DNA of 29,037 nucleotides from a virus: UHGV virus genome UHGV-0149439; one strand, 5' to 3'. Shown piece by piece: positions 22,593 to 29,037 of this stretch (position 1 is its first letter; each line of letters starts with the position of its first letter). The notes under the pieces were generated by a model. It saw only the letters and a program-made list of their open reading frames with translations, ran no database searches and was not told where the DNA came from. The position numbers and the translations under genes were made by a program.

Positions 22593-24654
22593 CCCCCGCG
22601 CCAGCCTGGCGGGCGTTGATGCCGCAAATGGCCAGTGCTGGTATGAGATCCGCGCGCTGGCCGCCGGGCGCGTGGAGATTTTCCTTTATGACGTGATCGG
22701 CGGCTGGGGGATCACCGCCCAGCAGTTTGTCACGGACTGTAAGGAGGCCGGTGTTTTCGACGCCAGCGCAGTGGATTTGCATATTCACAGTCCCGGCGGC
22801 GATGTGATGCAGGGGTTTGCGATCTATAACACCCTGGCGCGGCTGAAAGCGAAAGTGGATATCTGGGTGGACGGTGTGGCGGCCAGTATGGCTTCGATGA
22901 TTGTCTGTTTGCCTGGCGCCACGGTGCATATGCCGGAAAACGCCTGGCTTATGGTGCATAAACCGTGGGGTGGTATCGCCGGGGATTCTGACGATATGCG
23001 GGATTATGCCGACTGGCTGGATCGTAATGAAGCGCTGATGCTCAGTGCCTACATGAACAAGACCGGGCTTGGACAGGAAGAGCTGGAAGCAATGCTGAAA
23101 GCTGAAACCTGGCTCAACGGCGCTGAAGCGGTGGAAAAAGGCTTCGCCGACACGCTTGAACCTGAACTGCAGGCTGCGGCCTGCGTGAATGAAAATAAAC
23201 TGAAGGATTACCAGAATATGCCTGAACAGATTAAGACCCTTTTTACGCCGCGTGCCGAAGCCCCGGTGAATCAGCCGCCTGCTCCGGTTCAGCAGCCCGC
23301 ACCAGTGCAGGCAACCCAGACCCAGCCGGCACCACAACAGCCCGCGCCGCAGATGACAAACATCGATATCACCGCGCTGGCTCAGCAACTACAGCAGCAG
23401 ATGCAGACGGTGAACGCGGAACGCGTGAATACGGTTTCCGCTGTCTTTGAGGCGTTCCCGACCTTCGCGACGCTGAAGGCTGAATGCCTTGCCGACTTTT
23501 CCTGCACGGCTGAAAAAGCCCGTGACAAACTGTTGCAGGCGCTTGCCGCAGGGACAACCCCGAGTGCGGGCCCGGGCGCCATTCATCTTTATGCCGGTAA
23601 CGGCAATCTTGTCGGTGATTCCATCCGTGCTGCGGTAATGAACCGCGCAGGCTATGCGCAGGCTGAAAAGGATAACGCTTATAACGGTTATACCCTGCGT
23701 GAGCTGGCGCGCGCCTCGCTGGTGGATCGCGGCATTGGTATTTCAGGTGCCGGTACAGCGCAGGCGATGGTCGGGCTGGCGTTCACCCACAGCAGCAGCG
23801 ATTTCGGCAATATCCTGATGGATGTGGCGCACAAGGCTGCACTGCTGGGCTGGGATGAGGCCAGCGAGACATTTGAACAGTGGACCCGTAAAGGCACGCT
23901 GACCGATTTCAAAACCGCGCACCGCGTCGGTCTGGAATCACTTGCATCGCTGCGTAAGGTTCGCGCCGGGGCGGAATATAAATATGTCACCATTAAAGAT
24001 CGCGGTGAGCCGATTGCACTGGCCACCTATGGTGAGCTTTTCAGCATTGACCGCCAGACTATCATCAACGACGACCTGGATATGCTGACGCGTATCCCGC
24101 AGGCAATGGGGCTTGCCGCGCGTGCCACCGTGGGCGATCTGGTGTGGGCGGTGCTGACCAGCAACCCGAAAATGTCGGACGGCAAGCCGTTGTTCCACGC
24201 CGATCACGGCAACCTGGTGGCGGCTGATCTGAGTATCGAAGGGCTGGATACTGCGCGTAAAGCGATGCTGCTACAAAAATCCGGCGATCGCCGTCTGAAC
24301 ATTCGTCCTGCCTACATGCTGACGCCAGTGGCAATTGAGTCCCGGGCTAACCAGCTGATTAAATCCGCAAGTGTACCGGGCGCGGACGCGAACAGCGGTA
24401 TCGTTAACCCGATCCAGAACTTTGTGACAGTGGCCTCTGAGGCCCGCCTGGATGACAGCAGCCAGACGGATTATTACCTGACCGCTGCGCAGGGGCGCGA
24501 CACTATCGAAGTTGCTTATCTGGACGGTGTTGATACGCCATATCTGGAGCAGCAGCAGGGCTTCACCGTGGACGGTGCCGCATTCAAGGTGCGCATCGAT
24601 GCGGGGGTGGCGCCGCTTGACTGGCGCGGCATGGTTAAAGTCACCAAAAAATAA
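22582..24654 (+). CDS. Fused prohead protease (ClpP/S49-like) - scaffold linker - HK97-fold major capsid protein (690 aa)
   Basis: N-terminal IHSPGGDV-type serine protease block; Pro/Gln/Ala-rich linker (PAPVQQPAPVQATQTQPAPQQPAPQ); capsid-like C-terminal about 330 aa; ATG 22582 overlaps the portal stop. Confidence 0.8.
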   Translation: MMINPRASLAGVDAANGQCWYEIRALAAGRVEIFLYDVIGGWGITAQQFVTDCKEAGVFDASAVDLHIHSPGGDVMQGFAIYNTLARLKAKVDIWVDGVAASMASMIVCLPGATVHMPENAWLMVHKPWGGIAGDSDDMRDYADWLDRNEALMLSAYMNKTGLGQEELEAMLKAETWLNGAEAVEKGFADTLEPELQAAACVNENKLKDYQNMPEQIKTLFTPRAEAPVNQPPAPVQQPAPVQATQTQPAPQQPAPQMTNIDITALAQQLQQQMQTVNAERVNTVSAVFEAFPTFATLKAECLADFSCTAEKARDKLLQALAAGTTPSAGPGAIHLYAGNGNLVGDSIRAAVMNRAGYAQAEKDNAYNGYTLRELARASLVDRGIGISGAGTAQAMVGLAFTHSSSDFGNILMDVAHKAALLGWDEASETFEQWTRKGTLTDFKTAHRVGLESLASLRKVRAGAEYKYVTIKDRGEPIALATYGELFSIDRQTIINDDLDMLTRIPQAMGLAARATVGDLVWAVLTSNPKMSDGKPLFHADHGNLVAADLSIEGLDTARKAMLLQKSGDRRLNIRPAYMLTPVAIESRANQLIKSASVPGADANSGIVNPIQNFVTVASEARLDDSSQTDYYLTAAQGRDTIEVAYLDGVDTPYLEQQQGFTVDGAAFKVRIDAGVAPLDWRGMVKVTKK

Positions 24655-24656
24655 AC

Positions 24657-24680
24657 AACCGTCTTCTGACGGTTTTTTTA
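24657..24680 (+). terminator. Intrinsic terminator after the capsid gene
   Basis: aaccgtc-ttctg-acggtt hairpin plus T-run. Confidence 0.7.
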
Positions 24681-24723
24681 TTACGGAGCGGCGTGTGCTG
24701 CTCCTTTTCATCTGGAGAGAAAA

Positions 24724-25059
24724 ATGGCGAAGAACTATCAGCAGGACGGCAACACTCTTGATTTTCATAATACCGGTGCGGCAGATATTCATTCAGGTGA
24801 AGCCGTACTTTCAGGGGCGCTGGTGGGCGTAGCTCACGATGATATCCCGGCAGGATTGTGGGGCGTACTGCATACCACAGGCGTATTCGTACTGCCAAAG
24901 GCGGCTGAAGTGGTCACTGTTGGTCAGAAACTGTATCTGGCAGACGGTAAACTGACTGCGGAAGCGGGTGAGGAGGCTACGCCAAACCCTCTGGCGGGTA
25001 CGGCCTGGGCTGAGGCTGCTGCTGATGACGAGTTCGTTTCTGTACGGCTTGGCTACTGA
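24724..25059 (+). CDS. DUF2190-like small head protein (possible decoration/cement protein), 111 aa
   Basis: GGAGAG Shine-Dalgarno; Gly/Ala-rich beta-type composition and position right after the capsid gene. Confidence 0.5.
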   Translation: MAKNYQQDGNTLDFHNTGAADIHSGEAVLSGALVGVAHDDIPAGLWGVLHTTGVFVLPKAAEVVTVGQKLYLADGKLTAEAGEEATPNPLAGTAWAEAAADDEFVSVRLGY

Positions 25060-25415
25060 TGAACCGCTTCCGTGAACGTCTGGCGAGAGCGGATGCCCGG
25101 ATAGACCGGGCATTTGCCGAAGAGGTTCCGGCCATTATTTCTGTCGGTGATGAGCAGCGGCCCGTCACGGTGATTTTCGAATCGCCGGACGCGCCTGTCA
25201 GCGTGCCGGGAGGCGGAGAAATCCAGAACCATGTCCCGGCCTTCAGCGCTATGACCGCAGATATTGCCGGACTGTCAAAGCACGACCGGGTCCTGATTAA
25301 CAATTTACCCTGGCGTGTCACTCATGTCGGTGCTGATGAAGAAGGGCGAACACGGGTTACCCTGGCATACGGGGAGCCGGGTAAGCCCCAGCCCGAAATA
25401 ACGAAGTGGAGCTGA
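25059..25415 (+). CDS. Head-tail connector/joining protein candidate (118 aa)
   Basis: Size and position; loose resemblance to lambda FII-type proteins; start overlaps the upstream stop (TGATG). Confidence 0.45.
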   Translation: MNRFRERLARADARIDRAFAEEVPAIISVGDEQRPVTVIFESPDAPVSVPGGGEIQNHVPAFSAMTADIAGLSKHDRVLINNLPWRVTHVGADEEGRTRVTLAYGEPGKPQPEITKWS

Positions 25416-25416
25416 T

Positions 25417-26073
25417 ATGGCGCGGGGATCACGGTTGCGGCGGGATTTACCTGTCGATATTGATGTGGATGCTATCTGGGGAATAGCGGAAAGCATCGGG
25501 GCAACCCAGAAACAATTTCGTGCGGCATATTCCAGGGCATTAAAGCGGACAGCAGCCACATTACGGAAAAAGGCAATGGCCGATCTGAAAGATGGCCTGG
25601 CCCCCAGAAGCATTAATCTGGTGCGTCGCCGGTTGCTTTCATTCCGTCTGGATCGCGGTTCCCGCCTCGATAATTTTCGTCTCTGGTTTGGTCTCAACGC
25701 CATAAAAGTGAAGGATCTCAAAGGGCGTATTTCCGGCAGGATCAGACCTCATCACACGCGCAGGGACAAAAATACCGGGCGATTCATTAAAGCCAGGCGG
25801 CAGGCCGATAACGCGGGATTCACGCCGAAAGGCCGTCTGCTGTCGGCACGCACGTTTGAGAATGGCGAGGTTGCACGCTCCCGACGGGAAAACCGCCGGA
25901 CGGTGGTGATTCGTGACCCGCAGACCCGCCGCACCCATGAGGCTGAAATTGATATCTACGAACCGATGCTGAACTACATCGAGGATAACGCCTTTGCAGA
26001 AGCGATGGAGATTTTTATGCATCACTTTGAAACCGATCTGCGCGGGCGTGTGAAAGCCCGTATTTCTGTCTGA
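25417..26073 (+). CDS. Arg-rich virion morphogenesis / neck protein candidate (218 aa)
   Basis: Tightly coupled within the head-tail joining gene block; no family recognised. Confidence 0.4.
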   Translation: MARGSRLRRDLPVDIDVDAIWGIAESIGATQKQFRAAYSRALKRTAATLRKKAMADLKDGLAPRSINLVRRRLLSFRLDRGSRLDNFRLWFGLNAIKVKDLKGRISGRIRPHHTRRDKNTGRFIKARRQADNAGFTPKGRLLSARTFENGEVARSRRENRRTVVIRDPQTRRTHEAEIDIYEPMLNYIEDNAFAEAMEIFMHHFETDLRGRVKARISV

Positions 26074-26084
26074 GGTAATGAACG

Positions 26085-26639
26085 ATGGCGGAGCCACTCC
26101 TGCTGGCGCAGTATCACGACGCCGTGATCGGTGCGCTGAAAAAAATTGAATGGGTCCGGGATGCTGATGCCTACCCGGAAAAAAATGTACCGCGCTTTTC
26201 CGGCCTGGTCACGCCCGCTGTCTGGCTCACCATTAACGGCTGGGAGCAGGGCGGGGGAAACGAAGGGCAACTGAACGTGGTGCTTTCCTGCGATCTCTTT
26301 GTGGTGGTGGACCCCGCCGCTTCAGGCGTCAGCAAGCCAGAAATTTTCCTGCGCACGGCGGCGGCTGATATTACCCAGTGGATCGACGGACAGCAGTTCG
26401 GTCTGAATTATCCTGAACCCGCCGTTTTCATTGATGCCGGGCGCGATGAATTTGATCCGCGCATGGATGACTATCTTGTCTGGCGTATTTCTTACACGCA
26501 GTCAGCGGCCTTCGGTGCAGATCCGTTTGCGCAGCTGAATGCTCCGCTTAAAGCTGTCTGGCTCGGTAAGGCACCGGATATTGGGCGCGCGCATGTGGAC
26601 GATTACCGGCTGATTTACGAGGCAAAACCTGATGAGTGA
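26085..26639 (+). CDS. Virion structural/assembly protein, family not identified (184 aa)
   Basis: GAGG Shine-Dalgarno; gene order between head completion genes and tail sheath. Confidence 0.4.
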   Translation: MAEPLLLAQYHDAVIGALKKIEWVRDADAYPEKNVPRFSGLVTPAVWLTINGWEQGGGNEGQLNVVLSCDLFVVVDPAASGVSKPEIFLRTAAADITQWIDGQQFGLNYPEPAVFIDAGRDEFDPRMDDYLVWRISYTQSAAFGADPFAQLNAPLKAVWLGKAPDIGRAHVDDYRLIYEAKPDE

Positions 26640-27249
26640 TATTGAGGGTGACTTACAGCGCAGGCTGGCGAACATCGTGCGGCGCGGTGTCATCCATTCA
26701 GTGAAGCATGACGGTATCCCGAAATGCCGGGTCGATTTGGGCGATATCGTTACCGCCTGGCTGCCGCTCTGTCAGGGCTTTGCGGGCGCTAACCGTGCGG
26801 ACTCCAATCCGTATGCGGTGGGGGATGCGGTCACGGTGCTGTCTGAGGCCGGTGAGCTGAACAACGGGCGGGTGTATCCGGGCTGGAATACCGGCGCGAT
26901 GCCAGTACCGGGAGGCAGCGAAAGTGAGCATATCACCCGCTACGGCGACGGTACTGAGATCCGGTACGACCGTGCGGCGCATGCCCTGACGATCACCCTG
27001 GCAGCGGGCGGCACATACACAATCGTCGGGAAAGGGACGCTGGATGGCCCGGTTGAAATCACTGACACCCTCACTGTCCAGGGTAAAACGCAGATCAACG
27101 CCGACACGAATGTGAGCGGAAATATCGGTGCCACGAAGGAGATCACTGATAAAGCCGGCAGTATGAGCAAAATCCGCGAGACCTTTAACGACCATGATCA
27201 CCCCGGCGACAGCGGCGGGACCACGGGAAAAACTAATCAGAAAATGTGA
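26632..27249 (+). CDS. Tail-associated structural protein (205 aa) with a Gly-rich C-terminal HPGDSGGTTG motif
   Basis: Overlaps the upstream stop; followed by an intrinsic terminator and the sheath gene; resemblance to baseplate spike proteins is from memory only. Confidence 0.4.
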   Translation: MSDIEGDLQRRLANIVRRGVIHSVKHDGIPKCRVDLGDIVTAWLPLCQGFAGANRADSNPYAVGDAVTVLSEAGELNNGRVYPGWNTGAMPVPGGSESEHITRYGDGTEIRYDRAAHALTITLAAGGTYTIVGKGTLDGPVEITDTLTVQGKTQINADTNVSGNIGATKEITDKAGSMSKIRETFNDHDHPGDSGGTTGKTNQKM

Positions 27250-27271
27250 CCTGCTTCGGCAGGTTTTTTTA
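27249..27271 (+). terminator. Intrinsic terminator or attenuator between the neck genes and the sheath gene
   Basis: acctgc-ttcg-gcaggt hairpin followed by TTTTTTT. Confidence 0.6.
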
Positions 27272-27287
27272 TGCCTGGAGATAAAAC

Positions 27288-28757
27288 ATGGCTCAGTTAC
27301 ATGGTGTTGAAACAATTGAACTGACATCGGGAACCGTTGCTGTCACGACGATTCAGACGGCCATCATTGGCCTTGTGGGAACCGCCCCGGACGCGTCTGA
27401 CGGAACAGCGGCTTCGGGGTCATCCGGCACGCCGATTCTGGATAACGTTCTCGACTTCACCGCAACCCTGAAGGGGCGGGGCGGGAATATTATCAATGTT
27501 GAAGCGGTGGCCGGACAGACGGATGCAGAAAATCCGGTTGCCGTCGGGACATCTGCGGTCTGGGACCCGGAGTCGCTTACCCTGAAGATCACGCTGGGCT
27601 GCGATGAAAATGGCGTTATTACCGCCACACCCGCAGAGGTGGCCGGGGTCGTCAATGAGGCTGAAGGGGGAAAGGTAAAGGCAGCAGGCGCCGGAGGCGG
27701 GCTTGTTTCGCCATTCATCCTCCAGCTATCCGGCGGCGAGGATGAACCTTTTCCGCTCAACATGCCTGTGGCGGTCGTCGGGACCACGCTGTTATCCCGC
27801 CTCGGTGATAACGGGACGCTGAAACAGGCCCTGACCGATATCAACGATCAGCGTAATGCGCTGACGGTGGTTGTGCGTGTTGCGCAGGAGAGTGAGGAAA
27901 CTAAACAGCGCGCGGCAGTCCTGAAGGGGATCGGGCTGCTGTCATCAGCGAAATCTGTCACCACGTATCAGCCGCGTATTGTGATTGCGCCAGGTTTCAG
28001 TGAAGACGATGCGGCGGGGAAAGCGCTGGAGACCGTCGCCGGAAAACTCCGGGCGATCGCTTATGTGGACTGTGCTTCCGGCGCAACCCTGCAGGAAGTG
28101 GTGCAGCGCCGCCAGTCCTATGGCGCACGGACAGAATTGCTGCGACCACGCGTCCAGGTCAGTAACGCTGACGGCCAGCTGGTGTACCGTCCTTATTCTG
28201 CCTTTGCCGCCGGGTTGCGCGCCAGAATCGATTACGAAAAAGGCTGGTGGTGGAGTAAATCCAACCAGGAGATCTACAACATCCTGGGCGTTGAACAGGT
28301 GGATGAATTTATTCTTGGCGAAGAGAACTGTGATGCCAACCTGCTCAATATGCAGAACGTTTCCACCATTATCCGCCGTGCCGGGTTTAAACACTGGGGG
28401 AACCGGCTGTGCGCGACCGATCCACAATGGCGTTTTGAATCCGTCCGACGTACAGCGGATGTGATTGAGGACAGCATCCAGGAAGCCATGCTGGAGTATG
28501 TGGACCGCCCTCTTGATCGTGAGAACGCGGACGACATTATCGGCACCATCAATGCTTATATGCGCCAGCTTGTGGGACTGAGGGCCATTTTCGGCGGGCG
28601 GGCCTGGCTGGATGAAGAGCTGAACACCGCAGAAAACATGGCTGCGGGTGTCCTGTACATCAACTACGATTTCGGGCCGAAATCGCCGACTGAACTCATC
28701 AGCCTGCGTGTCCGGGTGAACAACAACTATGCGCTTGAGGAGATGCTTGCAGCATGA
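27288..28757 (+). CDS. Contractile tail sheath protein candidate (489 aa)
   Basis: GGAG Shine-Dalgarno; size, Gly/Ala-rich N-terminal region and position before a short tube-like gene. Confidence 0.65.
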   Translation: MAQLHGVETIELTSGTVAVTTIQTAIIGLVGTAPDASDGTAASGSSGTPILDNVLDFTATLKGRGGNIINVEAVAGQTDAENPVAVGTSAVWDPESLTLKITLGCDENGVITATPAEVAGVVNEAEGGKVKAAGAGGGLVSPFILQLSGGEDEPFPLNMPVAVVGTTLLSRLGDNGTLKQALTDINDQRNALTVVVRVAQESEETKQRAAVLKGIGLLSSAKSVTTYQPRIVIAPGFSEDDAAGKALETVAGKLRAIAYVDCASGATLQEVVQRRQSYGARTELLRPRVQVSNADGQLVYRPYSAFAAGLRARIDYEKGWWWSKSNQEIYNILGVEQVDEFILGEENCDANLLNMQNVSTIIRRAGFKHWGNRLCATDPQWRFESVRRTADVIEDSIQEAMLEYVDRPLDRENADDIIGTINAYMRQLVGLRAIFGGRAWLDEELNTAENMAAGVLYINYDFGPKSPTELISLRVRVNNNYALEEMLAA

Positions 28758-29037
28758 GCGATAAAAATACATTACGCGTCTGGACCTTCTTCCGGCAGGG
28801 GATTCGTATCCAGGGGGCGCATGAATTTACGCCGCCGTCTCTGGCTGTTGTTAAAACAGATCTGCGTACCGGCGCCCAGGACGCTCCCACTCCGGTGGAT
28901 GACGGTATGGAGGCGCTGACCTGCCAGGTCAAATTCTATGGCATCGATGCTGACCTGCCAGGTCAAATTCTATGGCATCGATGCTGACATGCTTGCCAGC
29001 TTCGGTTTTGTCAGTGGCAGCCGTTCCCGGTTTACGG
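28754..29037 (+). pseudogene. Tail tube protein candidate, frameshifted by a 34-bp tandem duplication (premature stop at 28985-28987; original frame continues to the window edge)
   Basis: Start overlaps the sheath stop; removing one repeat copy restores an open frame reading ...YGIDADMLASFGFVSGSRSRFT. Confidence 0.5.
28921..28988 (+). repeat. Perfect tandem duplication, 2 x 34 bp (ctgccaggtcaaattctatggcatcgatgctgac)
   Basis: Copies at 28921-28954 and 28955-28988; GCTGAC microhomology at 28915-28920 and at the end of each copy. Confidence 0.9.

Larger units (their letters stand above)
1657..29037. mobile_element. Lambdoid-type prophage (partial; runs off the right edge of the window). Left boundary and att site not identified, may lie left of 1657
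   Basis: Contiguous integrase/excisionase, CI/Cro immunity region, replication gene, Q-like gene, lysis cassette, cos-like site, terminase, portal, capsid and tail genes in canonical lambdoid order. Confidence 0.85.

Noticed and set aside
23270-23350. Repetitive Pro/Gln-rich DNA (cagccgcc, ccgcaccag motifs) as a possible repeat element
   Set aside because: It is in-frame low-complexity coding sequence forming the linker of the capsid fusion gene, not an independent repeat array.
22537-23388. 283-aa minus-strand ORF inside the protease-capsid gene
   Set aside because: Antisense to a gene with recognisable protease and capsid features; GC-rich coding DNA commonly yields long chance ORFs on the opposite strand; composition is Arg/His/Gly-rich and no start signals were found.
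26632-27249. Calling this gene a P2 gpV-type baseplate spike from its HPGDSGGTTG C-terminus
   Set aside because: The resemblance rests on an unverified recollection, and the gene precedes the sheath, which is atypical for a baseplate gene; left as a generic tail-associated protein.
27945-28772. 275-aa minus-strand ORF inside the sheath gene
   Set aside because: Same reasoning: antisense chance ORF within a GC-rich structural gene.
1-29037. CRISPR arrays, rRNA or tRNA genes, IS elements
   Set aside because: No regularly spaced direct repeats with unique spacers, no rRNA-like or cloverleaf-compatible segments, and no transposase-like ORF with terminal inverted repeats were seen.

Overview
No tools or database searches were run; every call rests on reading the sequence and the supplied ORF track, and family assignments are from recalled motifs. 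The window is essentially one lambdoid-type temperate prophage, or a large part of one, with a mosaic late region. Left to right: a LexA-box-controlled dinI-like gene; a low-GC membrane-protein cargo gene; tyrosine integrase and excisionase (minus strand); a second low-GC two-TM membrane protein; an immunity region (S24-type CI repressor, Cro, CII-like) with TTGCG-N5-CGCAA operator repeats; a replication initiator carrying 15-bp iterons inside its own gene; two orphan DNA methyltransferases (Dam-like N6A and a 644-aa C5 enzyme with repeated modules); RusA; antirepressor; DUF968-like protein; Q-like antiterminator followed by a terminator; a low-GC 283-aa cargo gene; the lysis cassette (two holin-like proteins, GH19-type endolysin, overlapping spanins); two envelope-targeted cargo genes (a TonB C-terminal-domain lipoprotein behind a near-consensus Fur box, and an Ivy-like lysozyme inhibitor); a lambda-like cos candidate; terminase small and large subunits, gpW-like, portal, a fused protease-scaffold-capsid gene, head/neck proteins and a contractile tail sheath. 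The tail tube gene at the right edge is broken by a perfect 34-bp tandem duplication. The most likely places for an undescribed function are the three low-GC cargo genes (836-1615, 3063-3614, 13428-14279) and the Fur-box/TonB-domain lipoprotein; none could be assigned to a known family from sequence alone.
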